Both the position numbers and the translations under genes were made by a program. The notes beneath the pieces are model-generated. The model ran no database searches and was not told the origin of the DNA. It saw only the letters and a list, made by a program, of their open reading frames with translations. Shown here in pieces: positions 25,701 to 40,700 of a stretch of 64,000 nucleotides of DNA. The stretch is taken from NCBI GenBank assembly GCA_030141605.1, contig JAQGDQ010000148.1, positions 1-64,000 on the forward strand, in the 5' to 3' direction. The first letter of the stretch is position 1; every line of letters begins with the position of its first letter. The stretch comes from Tubiluchus corallicola (Eukaryota; Animalia; Priapulida).

Positions 25701-28700
25701 AAAAACTTGAAAAAGAAGTAAAATGAGGATATTGGTTAGTAAAAGATGAAACATTATTCAAAGTAATCTTGCCAAAATGTAGTGTAATGTAATGCCAATG
25801 AAACTGCACATAATTTAAAGAAATTATTATTAAGGTGATGTTGGGAGGTATGAACCACCACAAGCTTTAATGCTGCATGCTTACTCTAGTTATGAACAAA
25901 CTATTTAATAAACCACCAAGTTCAGCATGCTACGCACACACAATGTAATATACTTGAATTAACAAAAAAATAGTGTCCTGCAATTAAGACGCTCATTCAT
26001 GTTCAACTCTAATGAGCAATTAGGCCTCCTTTTCAAATTCTTAGGCAAAAATGGTTTAACAATCAAAGTTAATCAAAAACTGCTTCTGGGCATCGTACTG
26101 CTTGCAGGCTAATAGCCTCAGCAGCATGTATACACATTCAATGAATCCTGGCTTGCAGAGCCAAAAATTGTACAAAAAATGATTGTGAAGTGACATTGAC
26201 ATGCATATGACTCTAGTTGATTCCAGTACAGCACTGAATAACCACAGTCAAGCAAGTTAAGCCACCACGAACGCCCTCAATTAAGGAAAAAAACGAGTTG
26301 AACAAATTTCTGCGCCATTCATTGTTAATTATTTTTTCTAAAACAAAAAAATTAAGAAAGTAGTGAAAATTTTAGATGTCTAAAACCTACAGGAAATGTG
26401 AGAAGAGAGACAGCCTTGTTTTTAGAAGAGAGATGAGTGAGTTTAGAAGCATGCATTAGTTAGTTAGTCAGATAGCAGTTTGCAAGCTAGAATATCTCTT
26501 ACATAGATCAAATCTTCTGACAAGCATTGTGCCTCAGTGAGACAACCCTGCTGTTGTTTCATTATGGCCAAAATGCCCTAGTGAATAACAGATAAAATAT
26601 AGAATGCACAAAACACCTTCACTCTACCGTCACAACCTTTACGCTTGAGTGTATAATGCACAAAGTATGAACTTTATAGTACCAAAAGGTGAAATCTATT
26701 GCACTAAAATAATTACAGTCAAACTTCTTTATGCCGCTTACTTTGGGACTGTAAAAAAGTTGGTGTTATAGTGAGTTTGGCATTATAATGAGGTGCATTA
26801 ATACATACCTATCTATGCAAATATCGGTATTTTGTGTTGCCAAAAATTTGGACATTAAGTGAGGTTGGCATTATATTGGGAGGCATTATAATGATGTTTG
26901 ACTGTACTATAATCACAAAACCCACAAATGACTACAAGTACTCAATAAAAATGAAAATGTGATTTATTACTTAATTTTAGTGAGTAATTTGGAGCTGTAT
27001 AATGTATAAGTTCATAATAAACTCACGATCTTACATTAGGCTTGTATTTCTTGAAAACAGTCTACTTGTATTTGAGTAACAACTTATAGCACATTTTATT
27101 TTTTGGTTGAAAAAAATGAAGTCTTCAAACAATTAAAATAAGAAATGTGGCAAAAAACACATTTTTGCTCCTAACAAAATATAAAATTGTTTTCATACCT
27201 TAAATTTGTCTTTTTGTTCCTCTTTCTCGTCTATCGTATTCTGCTCCTTGAATACAAGTTGTTCTCTTGTCTGCGACAACCAGTTCTTAACCAAATCATA
27301 TTTCTGCTGGTACTGGAGCCACTTTTCAATGCAGCTTGCCACACGGACGTGGCTTCGGTCGAGTGCTGAGAAGTAAGCATCAAATTTTTGTTGCAGTGCA
27401 TCACAGTCGCCACGTATTGGCTGCTTACCGGGAAGAGAAGTGTTGACTAATGTGAGCTCTGCACATTGGAGGCATTTGGAGAGCTTTTCCTGCCCTTCCT
27501 GCTTTCCCGTCAACAGCTCCTAAAATATGCATTACTTAGTTTTTAAATGGAAATGTCATAAGTACAAAATGCACTTTTGCTGATACTTTAATGCACCAGT
27601 ATTATTAAAAAAACATGAAAATACCAATATGTTGCATACCAATATATGTGACAATATGCCACTAACACAATATATGTGACAATAGGCCCTTGCTTGGAAA
27701 ATTTCTTTCCGTCCAAGCAAGGGCCTATTGTCACATATATTGTGTTAGTGGGGCCACGTGTCCCACCTAACAGACATTAACTATAATTTTTATTCCAGGG
27801 CCTTAGGCCCCACAAGATACAGCCACAACAGTATTTGGGGCCTCAGCCTTGGCACTAGAGGAAACAGTAAAGATAATTTAGGGGATTTTGGCCCCACTTT
27901 CCAGACTTTTAGAAATTACATTATTCAAAGGACTTAAGTCACAAAAGATATAATTATATACACTTGAACACCACTATTTGGGTCATTACGCCCCACTTTA
28001 TGCTTCTAGAAATTATGTTAAGACGCATATGCCTACTGGTATTTTCCTTGGGCCTTAGGCATCAGGTGGAGAAGCAGAAATTGGGTCTTGCAGCTCTGTT
28101 TACAGACATTAACAGCTTTCTCAAGTGTTTTTGGTATGCACCAAAAGGTAAATACAGTATGGTGAGCTTCAGGTCTAGCATCAGATGAAAACATGAACTG
28201 GGCGTTTCGATCCACATAACAGCTTTCATTACAATTTTACAGACTTAATAAGTCCGACAAAACACGTAAAAGATCATGATGCCACTAAGAAACATTTTGA
28301 TCACTCATTTTGCAAATTCTTGGCATACTTTGTTTTTTTACTCTTCTTTATTTAACTTCCCATAAAATGGATAATGCTGGGTAGAACTATTTGCACCAAC
28401 TGCCAATCATCATGCGGCACAGTACAAGCGCCAAGTTACCTGCACAGTCTGTGGGGTTTAAAGCCTTTACTCAACAGTACAAACTACGTTCTGCGAGTAG
28501 ACTTACAAAGGCATGATGTGACGACATGATTTTAATTTATGGAAGACATTTGTGTACAATAGCTAAGTTGTTAAGCATACATGGCAGCAGTGCCATATTT
28601 TGACGTATAGTGACTTAGAAAAGCAAGCTAACACCACTTATTATGTATCCTGTATGCAAACTGCCAAAACAATGAAACAGCTTGTAAAATCATTTCCAAC

Positions 28701-31700
28701 AGTTACCAAACAGTTACCCAGAAAGCAGTTTTGTGAATACATCATAGCTTACATTTGTTTAAAGCAGTAATTAGTGATGAATACATAGAATTCTGATCAA
28801 AATATAGTGCAAAAATTCTGAGGTATAAGTCAAAAGCCAAATTTGTTTGTTTTATAGTTTGCAGATGTGAATTCGTACCTCAATGCTTTGGAGTCGGCTC
28901 TGGAGTACGTGCACTCCACCCTGTTCTGATGAGACAACAGCCAGTCTATCTGTACATTCTTGCAGCCACGCTTCGCAGGATTTTGTCATGCCCATGTAAG
29001 CTTCATGCTCAGCAACTATTACGCCGGATTTCTCAGCCAAGTTCTAGACAAAAGTCAATAGATACACTGTCAGCTTATTCATAGAGGCATAGATCGATAG
29101 ATGCACCGTCTTTACGAAAAAAGCGTCAGTACCCTTTGCAAAAAATATACTACATACATTTCTCAAATTTTTAACAGAATTAACAAATTTTTTATGCTTA
29201 GGGTGTTTCTGTTCTTGCTATGATATGTTTTTTATATACTTTGGAACACTGCAAACCAGAATGCTGCATCAAACTACTTAACTTGATGTTTGTGGTGTGA
29301 CCTGACCTCAGTTGATTATCAAGGACAACTCTCTAAGATGAGCCTTTGAACCAGCAGAAGTGTTGCAGCTAAGTAACCCACCATGATCAATTTGGCGATT
29401 AAAGCCACCAGATCATGTGTGACAGTCATCAAACCTAGCCCATAGTGCTGGTAATTTTGGTAAATAACGTACCTTGGCAGCAGACACATTGCTCTCGTAT
29501 CTTTCGCTTATGGAGACTTTCAGTTTTTGGAAGGCATCATTGTCTGACAGAACTGCTGTACCTTTCCGCAGAGCCTCATCAATGCTGACTTGCTGAACAG
29601 TAATTTCTCGTACCAATTCCTGTTATTAAAATTTAAAAATTTGATATTCTATGGTTAGTGACAATATGAATATGCCTAGCAAGCAAAAACCTTATTTAGC
29701 ACAGTAAAACATTAAAAAGACAAACTGGCTAATTTCTTTTACAGAAAAATATCACACAACTGTATCTGTAAGTATGCATCAAGTATAAATTATAGCCCTA
29801 AACCTAGTTTACATACAATTTTGGGGCCATCCGCAAAACGATAGCAAGCTTTTGGCCAATTTTGAGAACCTACGTACCTTGCGTTATAATGGCATCATTA
29901 TATGCCCCATTACCTACCTATCCCTTATAGTGATATCGATATCACACAGACGCACTTACACTAGGTATGCAGTTTCCCATATACGCAGTGTGCACATTCA
30001 CAACTGGCACTTATCTCTGGAAAGTTATAGTGCATTAATTTTTAGCTGTGGTGGTGCTTGCAGAAGTTTTGTCATAAACAAACACAGCCCACCGACATTT
30101 CATGGAGAAACTGAGAAAAATGGCAGCTTGCTGGGCTCAGTGCAAAATGAATGCGCCCTTGTAGATCCGGCTGCTGTTGGCACGAATGTGTAGAAAAATA
30201 CGTGAAGTTAGATAACAATATCATTACTAAATCAACTACCTACCTTGCGTTACAATAGCATTACCACGTCTCCTGCCACCTACCTACCCTTATGAGGATG
30301 GCCCCTTTTTGCCGTTCTTATTAAATTTTTTCTTGGCAAACTTATTTACAATACTGACATGCAAAGATTTATGTTGTGTTATATTTCATATTAATATTTT
30401 TATCTTATACTAAATTTAGTAAAAGTAAATTGTAAATAATCAATAACAAATTGTTTAATTTAAATTATAAATAATCTAGCTATTAACAAATTAGCGCAAA
30501 GGTGAAAAAACACGAAACGTAATAGACATCTACAAGTACCTGACACTTTTCCCTTTGTTGCTGTTTTTCTATCAAAGTGGCACACAGTTCCAGTTCTGCA
30601 CAAAGCTTCCGTTCCATATCTGTGAGCCATTTCTGTGCTTCATCCATGGCAGCCATGTAGTCTGCCAGCTGTTGTTGTGTAGAAGACAGCTGACCAATGA
30701 CAGTGGTAAGTTGCTGGCTTAGTGCTTCCCACCTGGATCATATAGAGTCAAGAGATGTAGCAAAGTAAGCATTAACTGTTTATAAATTGATACCACTAAA
30801 ATTGCACTGTTTTCTACAACAAGAGCTTATTCCTACACAGCAAGCAAAGAACAAACAGAAAACAAAACTGTACAGACATAAAACTGAGAAATAAACTGTG
30901 TAGTATTTTTTCTGATTATGCCACTTAATATAATCTCAAGTATAAACACAGATTAAATAACCATATTACATTAAAAAACTTTCAGGGATATTACGACATT
31001 TTCAAACCTATTTTGGCATATATGTGCACATATAATGCAGGGTCATGTGTTAAGAAACTGGTTCGCACAACAAGATATATGCGGGAAAAGTACCTCTGCC
31101 GTTGGATGCCCAGTTGTTGCGAAATGGTGTCACGACCCTCAGGATTGGTTGAGACAAACAAAATCTCTCCCTTTTCATGGTTGTCTGTTAGTTGTGGGTA
31201 GATGATCTTTTGTTCAGCAAGCAAGGCCTAACATAAGCAAAAAAAGAACTTTAACACACCCTTTGTGAATACGCCAATAACTAATGAAAAGAAAAAGCTT
31301 AAAGGGCTAGACAGAATATGTCTCATTACAAAAAAAAACATCAAAACATAAACTAGGATGAGTGTCATGCTGTTAGTAATAACAGTAACATATCATAATT
31401 ATGGAAGCCAGCAATTCAACAACAAATCTGCAATAAAAAATGGACTATCCAATAAACATGTACTGTTTTATCAAAATACTACAACTGATAAACATTAAAA
31501 TTTATGCTAAACCCCTTATAAATTCAACATTATAATCAACAAATAATCAACATTATAGTATTACATTGTAAAAAAAACACATAACACTGAATTAAAATAA
31601 ACAAAAGTTTTAAGGATTTTATTAGTCCTACCTTGCACTTGTCCAACTTTTCGTCTACTGTAACTTTATTATCTGAGAATGCTGGCTGGCACTCTGCCAT

Positions 31701-34700
31701 TACTGATTCTGCATTATCAATCCATTGATCTATTGTGGAATACTGATCACAAAATTGAGAATGATCAGCTACATACAATTCCCACTTTTGAATAAGCTCC
31801 TAAAAGCAGAAAATTGGAAGTAAACAATAATTTAACTAATATAATTGACAATTTTGTTGCATAAAGTTCTTTTTTATTAGTTTTTTGAAACAGAATTATG
31901 TCGTCAGTTTCACTACCAATAGAACAAATGTGTATTTCTTACAGTACTCAGTATAGCAGAATGTAGCACAAATTTCAAGCCACACTTGCGAATATTAACG
32001 AGTCACTACTCAAATATATGCCATCAATTACTATTGACTGTGTATATTTGTGTACATAGACAAACACGGCTGATAGCGGTTTAGTCTAAAACTTATGTCG
32101 GTTTTTACATTACAGGCCGGTGTGACACTAGTGTATGCAGCTTTTCTACACCTTTAATCCTAGTTATTTCTTATTAGTATCACAAACGTGATCTAACAGA
32201 GCACCACAGGCCCTCATCTGATACAAGTGTCACCTACAGACCCCTTTCAAATCAAAATAGTTTCTTCTCATTAATATTTACCTGCATATGATCTAATGCT
32301 GAATGATATTTATCCCTAAGCTTGACTGCTGCATCAGCAACATTTGCATCTGCACCACCTTCTGTTAATGCCAGTGCTTTAGCATTGGCACTTTCGACAT
32401 ATTCGCCCAGCAATTCAGCAGCTGTTTTCCACTCCTACACAAAGTTGTCAGTTTTAAACAGATGAACAGCAAAACTGTGGCATCAGAATGATTTGACTGC
32501 ATCGTCACTTTTAATTATTATAATGTTTAAGACGTACATACATCACAAAACATCATTATTGGCTACTTTTATGTTAATAATATATGCTACTAATAGAATA
32601 AATGCACAATTAACACATTTTTGAAATTAAACTTGAGTCAAAGTCAAGGTATACTTCTAGTTCATGATCACCTTGAGATGGGCTAGCTGTTTTTGCTTAT
32701 CTTCCAATGTTGGTTGCAGTTCCAAAGTGTCACACTCATGTAATAAATTTTCAAGTTGTTTTACTACAAGTGCTGAACATTCTTCATACTGCTCCCACAA
32801 AACCAACAATTCTGCATCAAAACATATAAAAAAGGATTACCATTTCTGTAAACAAGAAACATATGCACAATGGAGAGGAATAGATATTTTTTCATTTATT
32901 TATTTTTTGTGTTAACCACAGCTGTCTTTTTAAGCTTCAATCATCAGTACTACAAAAGGGTCATATTATTATTACTGGCATCACCGACCTCATATTCAAC
33001 ATGAACAATTTATGATCAGTATAAAAGTGACAATGATGTTTTCATAATGCACAAGTCATTAGAAGACATTCTCTCAAACATTCTCTATCATTCTCCCCCC
33101 CCCCCTCTCTCTCTCTCTAAAACATTACATACTTTGTAATGTAGCTACAGTCTGCTGAAGTTCAGTTTTGTATTGTTCCAAATGTGAGGTAGAATGTCTG
33201 TAAGATGCTTGAACTGCATCTCTTCCAGCCGGTGCTGTCCCCAGTAGCACCTCTTCCATTAGCGCAGCAGCTTCTCCAACTTTTTCCTCCTGTGGGGGAA
33301 CCTTCTCAATCTGTTCCTGCAGAAAATTTGAAAACCAAACCTGTAAGTTGCAAAGGCGCAACAATCGAAAAGTTATGGGGCTGAAAAGGTGCATGACAGC
33401 AAATCAACTGAAATCATTGTAGGAAAGCACCTGCATTTGTTTGAGAAATTATCTGACCTTTTTCAGAAATTAAAAACTCTATGCTATAAGTAAATGTATA
33501 TACTAAAATTTTATGTCAGAAAAGGATAAAGAAACTAGCCATGTTTGAGCTTCAAAATCTTTACTATTTTTAACAAAAGTGGGAGGAATGGCAGTGACTC
33601 GTCTAATTCTTTAGTGGACACTGCAAAAAGTAAAGGCAAAGCTTACAAGTAAGATCTATTCACTTTCCCAAAGTTTTTTAGGTGTTAGATTGCCTTGCTT
33701 ATCAAATAACAGTGACTGCACCTGAATCCCATGAAAATGTTGAATCCCAGTGTTAATCAGCCTTTTTTCGGACTGAGGAAAAACTTTGCAAACATATACT
33801 CCGGCTAGGTTAGACCCACATCTGCTTCATCTGCTTACCTGTAACCTATTAAGCCTAGCCGCTAAAATGTTTGCATCGCCGGACGTGCTGCTAGTAGCCG
33901 CAAGGAATCGCTCAGCTTCAGAAGTACACTGGTCACATTGTCGAAGATGGTCTGTGAAATCCTGATGCTGAGTTACAAAAGTCTCATATTTTCCAAGCAA
34001 CTCCTGAAACAGTCAAATGAGAAAATGAAGTGATCACATAGTTCGATTGTTCAAACTTATTTACAAGTAAGTTACTAAAAGCCGAATATGAAACACAAAT
34101 CATGTAAACAGTGCAATAGTTTCTTATATCCCAAGTCTGAGATACTGTCATGCTCGATCATTGACAAATACACAAAGGGAACAGTCTTTAAAACAATCAC
34201 CATTTTCAACCCTTTTCGGCAACAAGTTAAACTGAGTAACTTGGGGTATTATCTAAACCGCAAAGTTTTATTTACTTTGTCATCAATTTTATTTACATTC
34301 TGCACATCAAGCTAATTTCGAATTTCACATAATCAGTCAGAGAATTTTAAAGTTCTGCTGCTTTCACAGTCAGCATTGGTAATCTCCACATACCAACGTT
34401 GCATTTTGGCATTTGTCAGACTGAGCAGACCCTTTATTTATAAAAACTTTTTCATTTAGCAACATTTTATAGATAAAAATTGCCCTAAATAAGGCAATAG
34501 GCCATTGAAAATAGGACAAGAAAATTGAAGTATATACCTAGAAATTGTTTATAGTAAAGCTGAGCCAGATTATAAAAAAATTGTTAATTGGTTTCTGCCA
34601 AGAAACTACTATACTGGCGATGTCACCTACCCGTGACTGAGCATAGACTTTTTCATACTGTTTACTGAGATCTTCTATTTCTTGTTCCTGATTGAGTGAC

Positions 34701-37700
34701 ACTGATTTAGCAATCAGGTTGTCTAAAATCTGTTTCTCTGACTCCAAGTCTTCATGTGAGACCTAAAAGATAACAAATTATTTATGTATAATGTATGTAT
34801 AGTACAAAGGAAATCCAATTACAAGGCACAATTTTTTCTAAAACTATAAACTAAAGTCTTTATCTATGGTGCAAGTGTTTGTGTTAAAAATTGCTAACAC
34901 ACCACAAACACTTACTCAGGATACAAACAAAAGTGGAAATGATCTTAACCTATAAACATGAAAGATTATTAATTATAATCACAAACTGCAAACTGTAAAC
35001 TGCAGTCACCACTAAATTGTTATGTTGCAATTGTCGGCAACAATAGTGTCACAAATAAGCTTGCCTAATGCATATTCAAGTTTGAATCTGTTATCTATTG
35101 TGTGATTCACTTACTAGACAATGGCAGTAAAACTAATAACATGTTACATTAGTGGTGATGCAAATTATATGAAATTCACTGGTTTCCTTACAAATTCCAA
35201 TTTGTAAACTTATCTTGTGTTCCAAAGTAAGATGTGTATAGACAACTAGCTTTATCATTTAGCAATTAATGCACGGCAGTTCAAATTTAAAACAAGATTT
35301 GAAAAACTTTGGTATGGCAAGTGCAGTGCTGAGAATGCTACAATCATAATGACAATCATATTTTGTTTTTTCAATGGTCACAGATTAGCACATGAATTTT
35401 CACATGCAAAATCCGTAGCACTAATGACAATATACAGAACTTATATAACAATGATGTTAATGAATAATATTTTGATTTCTGTAATTGTGTGAAAGTTCAT
35501 TGAAGTCAACCCAATAGCTAGTGATACTGACACTCAACTCAATCTCAAATTGCAAAGCATTTTTGTTAATAGGACTATAATGAAGTTATTTACTTATTTA
35601 CTTACTTACAAAATACTACTATTGTTATTTCTATAATAAAATTTTTAAGAAAATAGATTTACAATGCAAAAATAATATGTAACAGTCTTTTGGTCGGCAA
35701 TTTTACCTTGTGGTTCTGCAACTGAGCTTTCTTTTCTTCAAGAGTTGATCTCAGCTGCAGTTCTAAATTATCCAGAGCAGAATGTAATACTTGTTTAAAC
35801 TGTTCATAATTGTCTTTGAATGCGGCAAGCTCTTGCAAAGCAGCATCTAGTTCATTTTCCATCTTCAGCATGACTTCACATAATGCCTGATACTTTTGAC
35901 GCAGCAATCTAGAAAAAAACCACAAGTTAAGTGCCGCACAAGATATCTTTATTTCAGCATATTGGCCACATGTTTCAGTATCAGTAATAGCTTATGCAAA
36001 CACGCAATATGTTTCAAACTATACTTTGTTATGATAATGCGATAATGATGACTGCATCGCCATTTGCAAATCTTTTAATTCAAATAGAACTTAACATTTC
36101 ATAAAAATATTCTCCAAGCAGTATTATGCTGACATAGTTTTGTATAAAATAAAACAGTATTTTGCCTGCTACAGGGTGTCATTGAGTGGTAGTAGATTTC
36201 TGTCACTCTTGTTCTCCATATTGTTGTAATGGCATTCAAGCACACAGTAAGTTCGCTGTACGTTTGTAACACATGTGACAGTATCTAGTTCAGTATTTCA
36301 GTTGTTAGTTCCTAGTCCCTGCTTTACCCAATTGTCAAATTAACAAAAGAGAAAATTACCAATAACATTTGGGATCTTTACCAAGGATCTCAGTAATTTG
36401 AGTATTATAGATTTTAGTTTTTAACTTTCTCCCTATTCTCATAAACATTTGCAAATGGCAAAGTAGTTGCAGAAGTAAATGTAAAGCACATGCAAGTAAG
36501 CGATACAAAAAACTCAAGTGAAATTAATTCAAGTATAATTCACGAAAGCAGACTTACCTAAGCTCTTGTTTGATTGTTTCCCGTCCGTCAGGTGTCGTGT
36601 CACAGAACACCTTTTCTCCGCATTCAGCTGTAGACTGTACTTTACTTCCACCCTGCTCCTTGTCTGATATAATTTCCTAAATAAACATATTCCAAGTGTT
36701 TGAAATTTAAGGTTCGAGTATGTGCTGGAAAAAATCTTAATTCCATTAGTCACTTGCACTTCCACCCTGCTCCTTGTCCGATATAATTTCCTAAAGAAAC
36801 ATATTTCAAGTGTTTGAAATTTAAAGCTCGAGTATGTGCTGGAAAAATTCTTAATTACATTAGTCACCTACATTGTGCTGGTTGGATTTTAATTTCTGGT
36901 ACATGATGCAAAAGGTTCACGTATTGAGAAAGAGGCATTCTGCTTTTTATTGTGCCAAGTTAAATACGTGTGTTTGTATGTGTAACCATACATTGACACT
37001 GCTGAACAAACTAGATATTTCAGTCAGAGATGAAATGGGATGTAACGTAGATCATCTACGAGATAATGAAACTAAAACCAACTATGCCAGGGTAAAGCCA
37101 CTGTGTTGAAAATTGAAGTATTTGCACAAATTATAGACTTACTATTGTAAACTGGCTGTTAATTACCTCTTTTATCTTAACTGAAACTTTTCTTAAGCTT
37201 TAGTAACATTCAACCAGTGGCAAATTTTGCGTACCTTCAACTTTACTTTTTGCTGTTCCAAACTGACATTGCTAGATTCTTGCTGATATGCTTCTATCCA
37301 TTCCAGCAAAGATGTCAACAATTCTAAGCAAGAGTGATATTCCTGGCTGTAGTGGCCATGTTCAGATACATACTGCTCCCACTTGTTGACTAGATTCTGC
37401 AATATGTATAACTAATAGATCAGCAAGTGCCTTCACGTGCTTATTTAATTCTTAATCAAGCTCAGTGAAAGTAAACGTATTTAACAGTGATCAAGAAAGT
37501 ATGCAAGATTAATCCTGAGGTCCGGAAAAGCAATGGAAAGATGCTTTTAGAAATGTCTAGAATTTAGTTAATAAACAATGATAATTTGATCCTTTGATCC
37601 TAAGGTTTGCAAAACTCTTTATTCTTTCTGATGTATTCATTCAAATGGTCAAGCAAGCATGACAGAAAACTGCATTGCACAAACAGAGCAGTTTTTAGAA

Positions 37701-40700
37701 TATCACTGAGGCAATAAGTGAACAAATTGATAAAACGTAGTATAAAATACTATCACTAACATAAACAGAGTAAAACAATATAAATCTGAACATACACCAT
37801 GACATACTAATACTGCCTTTTGTCAAAAAAGTATTCATTCCAAACTGTCCTGCTAAAAACCTTATACACTCATATCTCAGTTTGCCGGACCTCGCTGTTA
37901 AGGATGTTGGAAAAATCGGACAAAATGCAGACCATTAAAAAGTCCTGCTTACTATGGAACAGTCTGGTAGGCGGGCCGTCACTTTGTTCACATCATTACA
38001 TCAGTGTAACAAAGTAACGTGTAATGATATTGTACATGATTGTTTCTACGACGTATATTATAGCACACAAAAGCGATGAAAGACGCCATAGTAAAGGTAG
38101 AGTAAAATAGTAAAGGTTCATTGGTCACACAAAAGTGTCTTATTTAAGCATGTGCAGAAAACTATAGAGTCAATTATGTGGAGTTATTTGAGTCAACTGC
38201 CGACAATTCTTACATTTTTTGCATAGGAGCAGCCTGTTTACTAGACGTTTTTGAAACAATTAGGCGACTGAGTCTACATTGCCATAAGTCTAATGTTAGT
38301 ATTGGCAAATACAGACAATCGGCAAATTCGGAATGGCAGACCGACGTATGAGTGTATGCATTTTTATCTGCAGGCAAATAAGCATTTAATAATTAATCAT
38401 ATTTTACCTTAACTGAGATCCGCACTTGCTGATACCTTGCCGAAATCTGTGAAGCCCATCCTTCTGCTTCAGGATCATTCATCTGAGTTGCCACAGCAAC
38501 AAAGGCATCGACTTTCCCGGCAGATTCGGTCACTTTATCACTTAGAGCCTTACAATAAACAATGTGGTATATGGTTTTATACTAGCACTTATATAAAAAG
38601 AAACTTATTTAGCATGTTACTAGACAGGATAACATCTACCAACAAGCAGATTAATTTCTGTTTCAAACAGTTTAGTCAGAAAATTTGTACTACAAGAAGC
38701 ACAATCAGATACTAATGATTCCAATTAACAGTTGACTGTCAAAACATGAAGTTGAACGATTTTAAATGACATAAAGTAATTGTATTTATGGTCCCCACAA
38801 ACAGACCTGCAAATCCTGCAACTGTGTTGTTTTCTCCTCCAGTGAAGATTTAAGTTGCACTGAGCGAATATCTGTTTCAATCTGGTCGAGCCATTTTAAT
38901 AATTCTGCATTTTCATTTTCCAAATCAAGCCAATCTTTCAGTTTGGCCTGTAAACTTGCTTCACCATCACCAAGCCTGGTCTGAAGCCAGAGCCATTCCT
39001 ATAAAAGACCATTAGAAAATAGTTAAAAATTTGACAGACACAAAATGCAAAAAACTTGGATATACGACAACATGTTTGAATTAGCAACTAATTAATTCTG
39101 TTAAATTTGTGGAAAGATTAAGAAATATCATGAATAAAAAAATTACAGAAGAAAAACAAAAATTCATATGGCAGCTTCTCGTTATCATTCACTATCATCA
39201 CAACAATTGTAAAGACACAGCAAAATTTTTGAAACTGTTTTAAGGCGTCTGAGTAATTTTCTTCATTATTTTATTAGAATCATTAAATCAGCCCACCTAG
39301 TCTTTAATGGCAATTCTAAAACAGCAACCAAATGATAAACACGAAATGAAAGTTTTTTTTAGGAAACAATAATAATTTTTGTTCTGTCATTATCCTCATG
39401 CCTGATAGCTTTTGCCTCACCAGAGAAGAATGCTTAGAACACTTTAGCCTAAAAAGCGTTTTGCCTTTTTTGCTTGCCGTGAACTCTGCCAAATGTGCAC
39501 TCTCATCATCTTATAAATAATTGTCAGAGTTCTAGTAGTCCATTTTAATTAGCCGTTCAAAACAAATGTATCAACCATTCTTATGCATGTCAACAAATAT
39601 AAGCAACAAATGATACGTTTGTAAAGTTGGAAACTGCGTTTTTGGCAACAATACATGATGTTATCTGCGTGAGATCGATGATTAACACTGCACAGTCTGG
39701 GCCATGTAAAGGTAATGCTAACCCACCTTTTCCATGTCAGTGATTTCACTGTTGATGCTCTCTTGGCCTGCAGGAGTTGTGTGAGGTAGGACAATATCAA
39801 GACGCTCTTTCACTAAATTCCACTTCGATTCTCCTTCGTGAAACTCTTTGGCCATTTCCTACAACAATAACATTAACTTAGCTCACGATACAACATTTCA
39901 TCATTTTTTGTATTAAACCATTTGCAGGTTTTTAGCAATGTCATGGGATGAAATATAAATTTTGCCTTGAGATGTGCTAAATGAGCAGATAAATGAATGT
40001 GAATAAACGAAAAAAATTGAAAGATACAAGAAATGGTAAAGAAGCAGGTAAACAAATAGCATATATCAACAGAAAAACAAACTAAATATGTGACTACTTT
40101 AAATTAATTTCTTTATTGCATGAAGAAAAAACATTTTAATTAATAATGTAACATATCATGTGTCTGCAATTCAGTCTACATGTGGAGATATGGTTGTTAC
40201 TTGCTACCAAATGCAATAAAAAACTTCTGGAAACTGGATCCTACATCTTTTCAAAATAAACAAGACAATAATCATTTAGAAATGAGTGTTTAACATACCC
40301 ATGTGTAGTCAGAAATTGCAAAATGTATAGTTATCATTTTAAGAATACTTTGCATCCATGCCCACTGAACAAGAGTAACACTAATGGTCTAGCAGTAAAA
40401 AAACATTTCAAAATATGATTACAACAATCATTACCTGGAGCTGTTCTAAACGAAACTGGATGTTGCGCCTATTGCCAGATGTATCCAGGTGAACTGATAA
40501 CCTGTCATTAGTCAATTTCAGCCAATCCCAGCAATCCTGTAAACTCTCAGTTAATTGCTGATGCTCATGAGCATATGCAGAGCTTGTGTTGACACAAACC
40601 TGAACAGATCATTTAAATGTTTAATGTTCTTAAGAATGTCACAGTGGACGTTTTCGCAAGTGAGTTTTAGCTAGGAAAGTTCACTGTAACTCAAAGTTTG

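Noticed and set aside
28370-28520. Possible CORE-SINE relic (GGGGTTTAAAGCCTTTACTCAACAGTACAA)
   Set aside because: Only a vague resemblance; no A/B boxes or TSD visible
36171-36321. CAGGG...CCCTG possible MITE ends
   Set aside because: Only 5-bp inverted match and no target-site duplication
36529-36867. 112-aa ORF with an internal repeat
   Set aside because: By-product of the 114-bp duplication read in a non-coding frame
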